This document shows positions 1-11,140 of a DNA stretch of 48,024 bases, piece by piece. Every line of letters begins with the position of its first letter. The stretch's first letter is position 1. The DNA comes from Chiloscyllium plagiosum (taxonomy: Eukaryota). The notes under the pieces are model-generated. The model worked only from the letters and a program-made list of their open reading frames with translations, searched no databases and had not been told where the DNA came from. The stretch is taken from assembly GCF_004010195.1 (NCBI RefSeq), contig NC_057753.1:6025961-6073984 (forward strand), in the 5' to 3' direction. Made by a program: the position numbers and the translations under genes.

Positions 1-190
1 AAAATCTCAGCATGTCTGGCAGCATCAGTACGGAGAGAAAAGAGCTGACGTTTCGAGTCTAACTGGACAGTTAGGCTCGAAACGTCAGCTCTTTTCTCTC
101 CTTACAGATGCTGCCAAACCTGCTAAGATTTTCCAGGATATTCTCTTTTGGTTTCAGATTCCTGCATACGCAGTAATTTGCTTTTATCCA
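1..190. mobile_element. Penelope-like pseudo-LTR fold-back palindrome (cut by the window edge)
   Basis: 1-65 pairs with 68-132 around a 2-nt loop, with a few mismatches. The arms contain ctcGAAACGTCagctc...cagatgctgcc...cctgct and are followed by an unpaired tail (gtttcagattcctgcat...). Same architecture as the element at 26140-26392. Confidence 0.75.
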
Positions 191-194
191 GTAT

Positions 195-1258
195 TTTACT
201 GGCGTCCCTGCAGACAACATCAACAAATTTTTCCCCAACAACCATCTTTGTCACCTTCTCAAATAAATTGATCAAGTTCGTGAGACCAGACCTTCTCCTC
301 ATAAAACCATGCTATCTATTGCTCATTAGTCAATATGCTTCTAAATGTGTATAGGTCGCTTCCCTACCACGGATGTGAGGTTCATTGGCCTGTAATTTTC
401 TGGTTTAACCCAGCTAATCTTCTGAAACAGTGGGACTGCAATGCCAATTCTCCAGTCCTCTGGGACCTCATATTGGACCAAAGAGGATACAAACAGATAT
501 CAATGCTCCAGCAATTTGTTCTCTTAACCCCTCAACATGTTGGGACACATCCCATCAGGACCTGGGGACTTACCTACCTGAATAATATTTTAGGTACTCA
601 ACACCCCTTTCTTTTTGACAGCAACGTGACTTAGAAATTCGACCCTCCCCTCCCTGACACCCATCACCACCATTCCTTCCCTTTGGTGCATACTGAAAAA
701 AGTATTCGTTCAGAACCACAATCACCTGTTATGGCTCCAGACATAGACTCCCTCCTTTTACCTGGAGTGAGCCAACATTTTCCCTGGCGATGCTCTTGCT
801 GTTTAGACATTCATAAAACCCTTGGGATTCTCCTTACTTCTTTTCGCTAAGAGCTTTTTACGACCCGTTTTGGCAGTTCTAATTCTTTTTGCTGAAGTTC
901 TTTCCTACTTTCTTAACATAGCTCGAAGCATTCATCAGTTTCAATTCTCCCAGACCTTATTTATGCTTGTTTCTTTTCTGTTTGACCAAGATTCATTACA
1001 TTCCTGGTCATCGAAGGTTCACATAAATTGCCACACTTATCCATCATTTTCACAGGAACATGCCGTTCTCTCCCATCAACTGCTGTTTGAAATATTCCCA
1101 CATGCTGGATGAGGATTTCCCTTCAAACAGCACACTCCAATCAATATTCTCCCGATCTTGCCTAATATTGTTGTAGGTCCCTAAATTTAACACTTTTAAG
1201 CAAGATCTGCTATTATCCATATCCATGAATATCTTCTGCACTCTTTCCAGGTTAATAA
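195..1258 (-). mobile_element. Decayed CR1 LINE ORF2 fragment (tether to early RT)
   Basis: Minus strand gives IDWSVLFEGKSSSSMWEYFK, a KSPGPDGMCP-like stretch and QHGF/GRS-L-NL-like remnants, with many stops. Confidence 0.8.
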
Positions 1259-1259
1259 C

Positions 1260-1582
1260 ATCATAGAATCCTTACCGTGTGGAAACATGCCATTAGGCCA
1301 AACAAATCTACACCGATCCTCTGAAGAGTAACCGACCCAGACCCATTCCTCTACCCTATTTCTGTGCATGTACCCCTGACTAATCACCTTACCTACACAC
1401 CCTGAACACCATGGGCAAATTAGAACGGCCAATTGACTTAACCTGCACATTTTTGGACTGTGGGAAGAAACCTACATGCGAATGTGCAAACTCAACACAG
1501 ACAGTCGGCCGAGTCTGAAATTGACCCCCGGTCCCAGGCGCTGTAAGACAGCAGTGGTAACTACTAAACCACTGTGCCATCC
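1260..1582 (-). mobile_element. HE1-like tRNA-derived SINE
   Basis: The reverse complement has a tRNA-like head (ggcacagtggtttagtagttaccactgctgtcttacagcgcc...), the central cccacagtccaaaaatgtgcaggtta core and a CR1-like tail ending in gattctatgat. Confidence 0.85.
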
Positions 1583-1589
1583 TCCCCAC

Positions 1590-2090
1590 AGAAAGGTGAG
1601 CAAAACAGAATACAATACTTCAAGTGTAGCCTCAAGAATGTTCTGTACAACTTTAACATAACTTGCAACTTCTGAACTCAACGCCCTGACTGAAGAAGGC
1701 CAGTGTCCCAAAAGCCTTCTTCGCTGCCCTGCCTACCTGTGACTCAACTTTCAGGGAACCGTGCACCTGAACTCAAAAGTCCCTTTGCTGTGTTACACTC
1801 TTTAAGGTCCTATCATTCAACATGAAAACGCTGCCTTGTTTTTACTTTCCAAAGTGCAAGACCTCACAATAATCTATACTAAGCTCCATTTGTCTTTTCT
1901 TGGCCCACTTCCCCAGCTGACCAAGGTCCTGTGGTAATTTCTTACAACATTCCTCACTGTACACGAAACCACCTATTTTAGTATCATCTGTAAATTTAAA
2001 AATCGTACCTCGTACATTCTCATCCAAATCAGGGAGCAAACAGCAACGGGCCAAGCAGAAATCCCTGACGCACTTTTCACAGTTCATCAC
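1590..2090 (-). mobile_element. CR1 LINE RT fragment
   Basis: ORF 1842..2090 contains FKFTDDTKIGG (FADDTK motif) and KWAKKRQMELSIDYCEVLHFGK. Confidence 0.85.
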
Positions 2091-2094
2091 AATA

Positions 2095-2899
2095 CAAACG
2101 TGAGGTGATAGATTTAGGCAAGACTAAATCGAGACCGAATTATACAATGAATGGAAGAGCCTTTGGAAAAGGTGATGGGCAGAGAGATCTGGGAATGCAG
2201 GTCCATTATACCTGAAGGTTGCTGCACAGGTGGATAGAGTGGTCAAGAAGGCATTTGGTATGTTTGCCTTAATTGAACGGGGTATTGAATGTAAGAGCTG
2301 ACAAGTCATGTTAAAATTGTACAAAACATTGGTTCGGCCGCATATAGAATACTGTGTACAGTTCTGGTCGCCACATTGCCAAAAGGATGTGGACGCTTTA
2401 GAGAGGATGCAGAGAAGGTTTTTGAGGATGTTGTCTGGTATGGAAGGTGCTAACAATGAAGAGAGGTTGAGTAGGTTATGTTCATTTTCATTCGAAAAAA
2501 GGAGATTGAGAGGGGACATGATTGAGGTTTACAAAATCATGAAGGGTGCAAAAAAGGTGGATAGAGTCAAGCTTTTTCCAAGGGTGAAGGATTGAATAAC
2601 GAGAGGGCATGCTTTCAAGGTGAGAGGTGAAAGGTTTAAGGGGGATACACACGGCAAATACTTTACCTAGAGGGTGGTGGGCGTCTGGAACGCGTTGCCA
2701 GCCGAGGTGGTAGAGGCAGGCACGGAAGATTCATTTAAGGTGTGTCTGGACAGATGCATGAGTAGGTGGGGAGCAGAGTGATACAGATGCTTAGGAATTG
2801 ACCGACTGTTTAGACAGTATATTTGGATCGGCTCAGGTGTGGAGGACCAAAGGGCCTGTTCCTGGGCTGTAAACTTTCTTTGTTCTCTTTGTTCTTTCT
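2095..2899 (+). mobile_element. 5'-truncated CR1 LINE with 3' UTR and tail
   Basis: LYKTLVRPHIEYCVQFWSPH...LERMQRRF...RRLRGDMIEVYKIMKG; ends with ggcctgttcctgggctgta and short ttgttctct repeats. Confidence 0.92.
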
Positions 2900-3526
2900 A
2901 ATGTCCGACAAGTGTCCTTCCACTATTTTCCTCTGCTTCCTATCATCAAGCCAGTTGTGTATCCAATTAGCCAGTTCCTCCTAGATTCCATGCGATCTAA
3001 CCTTCCAAAGCAGCCTACCATGTGGAACTTCCTCAAAGGTCTTCCTGAAATTCGTATGTACCACGTCTACCACCCTGTCGACGTGGACTATCCTGGTCAC
3101 CTCATGAAGGAATTTAACAAATTTGTGAGACACGATCTCCCGCGGACTATACCTAATTAAACACTGACTTTCCAACTCCATGCATATCGTACCTGTCAGA
3201 ATCTTCTCAAGTCAGTCATTCATTAACTGCCACCCTTCTCGAACCTTACCCGTTGCTGACGATTATGGAAACATATCAGGAAGGGCCTCCACAACTTCTT
3301 CAGTCGCCTCTTGCAGTGTTCTTGTAAATATCTGGTCAGGGCTAGGAGTTTTATTTAGCTTCCTACATTCCAATACGTCCAACACCTCCTCGACTCTGAT
3401 GTGGACTGTCCTCAGATATTACCACTAACTTTCCAAAGTTCACAAGTCTTCATGAGCCTCTCCCACATAAAAACTGAAAAAAAAAAACATTCAGGATATC
3501 GCCCATCTCCTGCAGTTCTATACATA
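2900..3526 (-). mobile_element. Older CR1 LINE, RT part; continuation of the element at 5231-7510
   Basis: VDVVHTNFRKTFEEVPHGRLLWKVRSHGI. The 3526 end reads CIELQEMGDILN and continues the KDRSGHL sequence that stops at 5231. Confidence 0.85.
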
Positions 3527-5230
3527 TATAGAGCATAGAGCACAGAAAAGTACAGCACAGAACAGGCCCTTTGGCTCACGATGTTGTGCTGAGATTTAAT
3601 CCTAATGTAAAATATAGTAACAACGTACCCACCCCTCAACTTACTGCTATCCATGTGCATGTCCAGCAGTCGCTTAAACATCCCCAATGACTCTGCTTCC
3701 GCCAACACCGCTGGTAATGCATTGCATGCATGCACAACTCTGTGTAAAAAAAACTACCTCTGACGTCTCCTTTATACCTTCCTCCTAATATCTTCAAACT
3801 ATGACTCCTCATACCAGTCAATCCTGCCCTGGGGAAAGCTATTTACACTATCTATTCCTCTCATTACCTTGTATAACTCTATCAGGTCTCCTCTCTTCCT
3901 TCTTCTCCCCAGAGAGAAAAGTCCGAGCCTATTCAACCTTTCTTCATAGGGCAAGCCCTCCAGTCCAGGCATCCTGGTAAACCTTCTTTGCACCCTCTCC
4001 AAAGCCTCTGTATCTTTCTTAAAATAGGGCGACCAGAACTGGCCACAATATTCCAAGTGTGGCCTCACTAGGGACTTGTAGAGCTGCAACAAAACCTCAC
4101 GGCTCTTAAACGATATCCCCGTTAACGAAAGCCAAAACACCATATGCTTTCTTAACAACCCTATCCACTTGGGTGGCAACGTTGAGGGATCTATGTACTT
4201 GCACACCCAGATCCCTCGGTTCCTCCACACTGCCAAGAATCCTGTCTTTAATCCTATATTCAGCATTCGAGTTCGACCTTCCAAAATGCATCACTTCGCA
4301 TTTATCCAGGTTGAACTCCATCTGCCATTTCTCAACCCAGCTCTGCATCCTGTCTATGTCGTGCTGCAGCCTGCAGTAGCCCTCTATAATATCGACTCAC
4401 CTCCAACCTTTGTTTCATCTGCAAATTTACTATCCCAGCCCTCAACTTCCTCATCCAAGTTATTAATAAAAAACTACAAAGAGCAAAGGCTCAGGTACAG
4501 AACCCTGCGTGACCCCATCCAACACTGTCCTCCAGGCAGAATGCTTTCCATCTACAACCACTCCCTGCCTACTGTCAGCCAGCCAATTCTGAATCCAGAT
4601 AGCCAAATCTCCCTGTATCCCATACATCATGACTTTATGAATGAGCCGACCATGGGGAACTCTATCAAATGCCTTGCTGAAATCCATATACACCACATCC
4701 ACTGCTCGACCATCATCGACCTGTCTTGACACCTCCTCAAAGAACTCAATAAGGTTTGTGAGGCATGACCTGCCTTTCACAAAGCCATGCTGACTGCCTT
4801 TAATCACACTATGCTTTGCCAAATAGTCATAAATCCTATCCCTCAGGATTCTTTCCAAAACATTGCTGACCACAGACGTAAGACTGACTGGTCTGTAATT
4901 GCCAGGGATTTCCCTATTACCCTTCTTGAAAAGAGGAACAACATTCGCCTCCTTCCAATCCTCCGGTACGACTCCTCTGGAGAGTGAGGAGGCAAATATC
5001 CTCGCCAGCGGCTTAGCAACCTCCTTTCTCGCTTCCCAGAGCAGCTGAGGATAAATCTGGTCTGGCCCTGGGGACTTATCAATCTTAATGTTTTCCAAAA
5101 TTTCTCGGACAACAATGTCATCAATCTTGATCTGGTCATGACTGCATCCCAGCTCCTGTAAGTGTTCATCTACAGCAAGTTCCCTTTCCTTGGTGAAAAC
5201 CGAAGCAAAATACACATTTAGGGCTTCCCC
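3527..5230 (-). mobile_element. Young 5'-truncated CR1 LINE (RT domain and 3' tail) nested in an older CR1
   Basis: Long, nearly intact RT frames: KSPGPD, WKEANVVPLFKKG, NYRPVSLTS, QHGFVKGRSCLTNL, DFSKAFDRVPH, FADETK, LVRPHLEY. A (ctatgct)-type tail lies at about 3527-3560, and there are only a few frameshifts. Confidence 0.95.
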
Positions 5231-7510
5231 TAAATGTCCACTTCGGTCCTTGAGGGCTCCTGTTCTTTCTCTAGTATCCCCTTTTCCTTTAATATACATA
5301 AAGAACCTCTTTGCATTTACGTAATGTTGTCAGCCAAGGCTAGCTCTTGGTCCCTTTTCGTCCTCCTGATTTCCTTCTTCATTATACTGCTGTATGCCTT
5401 ATATACCTCCAGGGATTCCTTTGTTCCCAGTTGCCTGTACCTGAGCCATGCCTCTTTCTTTTTTCTTGTCAGTGCTGAAATACTTCTTGTCATCTAGGGT
5501 TCCCTATTGCAAACATTGCCATTTACCCTCATAGGGATGTATAACAATTGGACTCTAGCTATCTTACTTCTCAAGGCCTTCCATTTGCTGGAAGGTCCCT
5601 TTGCCTGCAAGCAAACCACTCTGATGAACTCCCGCAAGGTTCTGTCTAATTCCATCTAATTTACCTTGCCCCCAATTTAGAACTTGAACCTCTGGACCAG
5701 TTTTGTCCCTCCCCATAACTGCCTTAAAATTTATAGAACCGCGGTCACTCGTCTCAAAGTACTCCCCTAGTTCACCGTAGTCACCTGTCCAGCCCTATTT
5801 CCCAAGGGTAGGTTCAGTTTTGCCCCATTCCAAGTCGGTTCCTTTATGTACTGCTGAGGAAACGTTCCTGAACTTAGTGAACAAAGTCCACCCCATCTAA
5901 TCATGTAACACGATGACAGATCCACTCTATGCTAGGAAAAATCATTTACTATGGCAATCCTATTGTTCCTGAAATTCCCCGCAATTTCCCTACCTCTCTG
6001 TTCCTCCAGTTCCCATGCCGATGTTGGGGCCTATAAAACAGCCTTCTTATTTCCAGACTCAACCCACAAAGCCTCATTGGATGATTCTTTCATTATTTCA
6101 TCTGTGATTAGTGCTGTGAAATTCGCCTTAATCAAAAGTACAATGCACCCTTCCCTCTTTCCAATACGTCTGTACAAACAGAGCACCTCTGCATTGGCAC
6201 GTTAAGCTGCTAGACCTGTCCACCACTTTACCATGTTTCGCTAATGGTTATTATATCCGAGTCCCACGTACCTATCCACGTCCTGAGTTTATCGGCCTTA
6301 TCTATGAGCCTTCTTGTTTTAATGTAGATGCAACTTAAGCCAATAGGCATTCCATGCTCCCTGTCATGTTCCAGCCTAACCTAGTAAACCCTTCACTTTA
6401 CTATTTCTGATTACTCTACCTCTTTTCAGCCTCACACTTGCCTCCCTGCTGTTGAATATCCCACCCCCGTGCCAATCTGGCTTAAACCTTCCCCTGTTGC
6501 ACTAGCGAATCTTGCCACTAAGATATTGCCCCGCCACACCCCTCCCCCCTTTCAGATGCAACCCGCCCTTCTTCAACAGGTCACATCTGCCCCAGAAAAG
6601 ATCCCAATGATATACAAATCTGAATTATAATGTCGAACATAGAACATAACAGCGCAGTACAGGCCCTTCAGCCTTTGAGGTTTCACCGACTTGTGGAACC
6701 ATCCAGAAGCCCATCTAACCTACACTATTCCATTCCCGCCCATACGCCTATCCAATGATGATTTAATTGCCCTTAAAATTTGGCGAATCTATTATTAATG
6801 CAGGCAATTCCTGCCTCTTGCAACAAATCTTTAGCTAGTTTTCATCTCCCATATTTTCCTGTTGTTACTCTCACTGCCATGTGGCATTGGAAGTAATCTA
6901 GAGAATACCACCAGTGACATTCTGGTTTCTAACTTTTTTTACCTAGCTCTTTATAATAGCTCCGCAGGGCCTTATCCCTATTTCGATCTATGTCATTTGT
7001 GCCAACATTCACAATGACTTCTGGCCGCTTACCACTTCCCCTTCTTGAGAATGTTCTGCTGCCACTCTGAAACAGCCGTAGACCATGGCATCCAGGAGAT
7101 AACACACCACCCTTGATTTCTTTTTGCATCCACAGAATCTCCTGTTTGTTACCCCAAACTATCGAGTCCCCTATCAATAAAGTCCTGCTTAACTTTGCAC
7201 TTTCCTGCTTTGTCCCAGAGCCAGTCGTAGCGCTACGGACCTGGCGACAGCTCCTTTCACCTGAGCGATTATCCCTTACAACAGTGTCCAAAACCATATA
7301 TTTCTCTTGGAAGGGAATGAACACAGGGGATTCCTGCATTCTCTGCCTATTTCTTGTGCCTTTACTGGTGGTCAACCACCTCGTCTTTGACTGCAACTTA
7401 GCTGTGACCACCTCACTAAAACCCTTAACTATGAAACGTTCAGCATCTCGGATGATCCTGAGTGCATCAGCTCCAGCTCCAACGAGCTGCATTTGGATGC
7501 ATTTCCCGCA
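5231..7510 (-). mobile_element. Older CR1 LINE: ORF1 (SGNH esterase-like) plus ORF2 endonuclease/tether, with a short CR1 3' tail inserted at about 6635-6808
   Basis: ORF 6929..7492 has LLIGDSIV and VNVGTNDI (GDSL/SGNH blocks typical of CR1 ORF1). SDR/SDH-type endonuclease remnant near 5750. The inserted tail reads aacatagaacataacagcgcagtacaggccc. Confidence 0.85.
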
Positions 7511-7514
7511 GGGA

Positions 7515-8505
7515 ACTAATGCTTTTAAACTAATGATGTTTTAAGCTAATGTTGCAGGGGGTTGGGAACCAGAAGAGAAGACACATAGACAGTGATATGG
7601 AAACTGGAGACTGTAAGAATCATAAAGATAGCTTTAATAAGGGGAAGAGTAGGCAGAGAGCAGATGACCGCAAACTAATGCATATACTTTAATGCAAGGA
7701 CTACAGTAGGTAAGGCAGATGAATTTAGGAGTTGGATCAGTGCCTGGGAGTATGACATTATTGCAATCACAGAGACTTGGTTGAAGAAAGGGCATGGCTG
7801 GCAACTAAATGCTCCAGAATATAGATGCTTCAGACAGGACAGGGCGGGGAGTAAAAGGGGGAGAGGATTTGCTGGTGAGGAATGATAGTACGGCTGTGCT
7901 AAAGAAGGACACTATGAAGGGGTTGATTAGTGAGGCATTATGGGTGGAGCTGAGAAATAAGAAGGGTGCAGTTACTTTGTTGGGGCTGTATTACAGGCCT
8001 CCCAACAGTGAGCGTGAGGTAGAAGAACAAATAGGTAAACAGATTATGGCAAGATGTACAGGCAACAGAGTGTTGATGATGGGAGACTTTAATTTTTCCA
8101 ACATTGATTGAGATACACTTAGTGTTAGAGGTCTGGATGGGGCAGAATTTATAAACAGCATCCAGGAGAGTTTTTTAGAGCGTTATGTCAATACTCCGAC
8201 GAGGAAAGCGGCCATATTGGACCTGGTGTTGGCGAATGAGCCACTCCAGGTGGTAGAACTTGCCGCAGGGGATTTCATTGGAAACAGTGACCACAATTCT
8301 GTAAGTTGTAGAATACTCATAGACAAAGATGAGTGTGTTCCAAAGAGAATAGTACTAAACTGGTCCAAGGCCAATTTTATCAAAATTAGGCAGGAGCTGG
8401 GAAATGTGGATTGGACACAGCTATTTGAAGGGAAGTCCATATTTGATATGTGAGAGGCTTTCAAAATAGGTTAAACGAAGTGCAAGATGGTCATGCCCCG
8501 CTAAA
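7515..8505 (+). mobile_element. CR1 LINE APE endonuclease region
   Basis: YFNAR...YDIIAITETWL, LYYRPPNS, MGDFNF, LDLVLANE, GNSDHNSV. Confidence 0.92.
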
Positions 8506-11140
8506 TCACTAGCCCAAGCACTTCATTTTAAACAAAACAGAATTTCATTTGATTTGAAAGTGTATGGGGCTTTAAGAGAGCCTTTAAGAGAGTTGAAAGC
8601 TCACAGACACTTGGAGGCACTTTGGTAAAACTTAATTGGGGGTTTTATCAGACCAGTATTACAGAAAGGAAATTAAAAGATAGGTTAGAGACAGGAGTTG
8701 TAAATAGTTGTTAGTTAATTATTCTCTTTTAGACGTTTTTAAAATATTAAGTTTTATTTTTTTTTACTTTAAGTAGTCACCTTTGGGATATTTTAACAGA
8801 TTAGAGAACGGATAAAATCAATTCTATGTTTCAGGTTTAAGTTAGCAGCGGGGGGTTACCTCGAGTCGTATCAGTTTGAGGGCTCGTCGTCTTGATTTGA
8901 ACTGGTTTATACAGATGTGAGTAGTCTTGGGGGTACCAAATATCCTAGCACATGTAAGCACTCGAAGTTCAGTTTCGTAGATCTTTAACTAAAACGTTGG
9001 TGAGACAATTTTTAAAAATTTCTGTACTTGTGATTGATTAAATTGAAAGTGAGAGAAATGGCTCTTAAAATTGCTGCAGCCTTTGAAGATGATTCTCAAA
9101 TTTGCCAAACGAGTTTAGAAGGAAAGAAAACGTCATACTTTTAGCATTAGCAAATAATAAGATTCGGGTTTAACCAAGGACAAAAGTAAAGCTGAAATTG
9201 AAAGGGTGTTACTCAAACTCGTAGGTGTATCAGAGAAACAGACAAGTGCAGTAGAAGTAGAAAAACCTAACTTACAATTGAGGAAAATTGAGTTAAAAGC
9301 TAAACAGAGAGAGAGAGAGAGAGAGAGGAAAGAGGGAGAGAGAGAAGTTTCTTCGCTGAGCAAAGAGAGAGTGAAGAAAGAGAACGAGGAAGAGAGAGAG
9401 AGGAAAAAGAAAGAGAGAGATAATGTTCTTGAATGAGAAAAAAGAGCGATAATTTACACTGGAGAAGTTGCGACTTTGTCAGCAAAGTCATGTTAACAAC
9501 ATGGAGATCGGAAGATAACGTAGTGATAGATAAAAATATGTCAAAACTCTTCCATATTTTGATGAGAAAGATGTTGAAGCCTCCTTTCTTCATTTGAAAA
9601 TTGGCGATGCAGATTGAGTGGTCCGGGGATTTATGGGAAATGCTAGTTCAAACTAAACTGGTAGGCAGAAATAGTGAAGTATTTGCCGCGCTGTCAGATG
9701 ATGGGCCAAGAGATTATGAAGAGTTTAAACAGGCTACTTTCAGTGCTTATGAATTGGTACCATTGGAAGCATATCGACAGCGGTTCAGAAACACAAAGAA
9801 GGAACCAGGTCAGACTTATGTTGAGTTAGAAAGAATTAAACATAATCATTTTGATAGGTGAGTGAGTGCTTTAAAAATAGATTAGGCCTTTGAGGCTCTG
9901 CGACAGATTATTATGTTGGAACAGTATAAAAACTCACTTCCAGAGATGGTAAGAATTCGCGTGCAGGAACAGAAGGTTCAGCAAGTGAGAAGGGCAGCAG
10001 AATATGTTGGTGAAGACATTTTGGTGTATAAGACAAGCTTCCGGCCAGAATTTCGTCCTGTGAGGTATAGACGTTGGGGGAAGGGGAGATCGTACTGTAC
10101 GAATCAAATAGTAGAGAACACTGGTAGGAATTCACCAACAGTTAAAATAAAAGGCCAAAGGCTGGATAGGAGGTGAAATGTCTCAGGTATTTTTTGAGTG
10201 GGACACAAAATTAGTGCCGGTGGTCTCACAAGGGCACGGAGAAAAGATGTTTTCACGCCAGAAGGTAGAGCAGGTAAAGTCACAGTGCGGGTACTTAAAG
10301 AAAGGCACTGTGGGGAAAGATGTTGTAAAAGAAGGAAAGCCAGTGGCATGAGTGAAGTTAGTAAAGGAAAGCCCATGAAGTGTGGAGGAGCTACAGGGTA
10401 GTGCACGCCTAGGCCAGGGCTGGGTATGGAATTAGCACCTGATCTCGACAAAGAATTCGCCTCTGTGGGTAAACAGTACTCAGAAACAACAGGACGGGAA
10501 GGTCAAGAAGCTGTACTTTTGAGAGATATAGTATCTAACCAGTCGCTGATAGTAAGGGATGAGTGAATATGCACTGTTTCTGATTTGTTACACGAGGGTG
10601 TGGTAATCTGTGGGATAGATGGTCAGAAATTTAGCGCACCCTTATGTAAGATCAGGTTCGAGTGCCAACTCAAGAGTGGGGAAGTTACAATGGAAGGGAT
10701 TGACAGAGAGTCAGTTCCAGGAATGCAGTTTGTCTTGGGAATTATTTGGCAGGATCCAAGGTGGAGTGACACCCCTTGTACTGGAGAAGCCCAAGGAAGA
10801 CCAAGAAACTGTGGGATTAAAACAGAATATCCTGGGTATTTTCCCTGACTGTGTAGCAACCAATTCCCACTATAAAAAGTCACAGCACAAAGCGAAAAGT
10901 AAAGAGAAAGATGAAGGAGTTGAGGTTCAGTCAGCGGACACCCTGTTTGACGTCATAGTGCAGGGAAGACCTGCCCAGGTAGAAAGTCATACAGAAGTGT
11001 TCAGTCTTGAAAGGCTAAGAGACTTGTTACAGCAGGGCAAGACGATAAAAGATATATATGTGGATGTGTACTCCGAAATGGAGGCAGAGAACATTCCAAA
11101 GTGTTAAAATCTGAAAAATAGTATCCTAAGACAGAAATAT
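8506..11140 (+). mobile_element. Decayed Gypsy (Gmr1-like) LTR retrotransposon: partial 5' LTR, gag (coiled coil, SCAN-like capsid, degenerate Zn knuckle) and protease
   Basis: LTR-like end (cgtatca) followed by a degenerate tRNA-Pro PBS-like tgagggctcgtc at about 8877. FDEKDVEA...LVQTKLVG...AYELVPLEAYRQRFR...LEQYKNSLP. Protease-like LLRDIVSNQSL at about 10515. Confidence 0.85.
9305..9420. repeat. (GA)n/purine-rich microsatellite inside the gag coiled-coil region
   Basis: gagagagagagagagagag runs interspersed with gaaa; translates to E/R/K-rich sequence. Confidence 0.8.

Noticed and set aside
4463..5299. 278-aa RT ORF as a functional or domesticated gene
   Set aside because: It is a chimera of two CR1 copies, frameshifted before the catalytic FADD motif.
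9206..9436. E/R/K-rich ORF as a host coiled-coil gene
   Set aside because: It is GA-microsatellite-rich gag sequence of the decayed Gypsy element.
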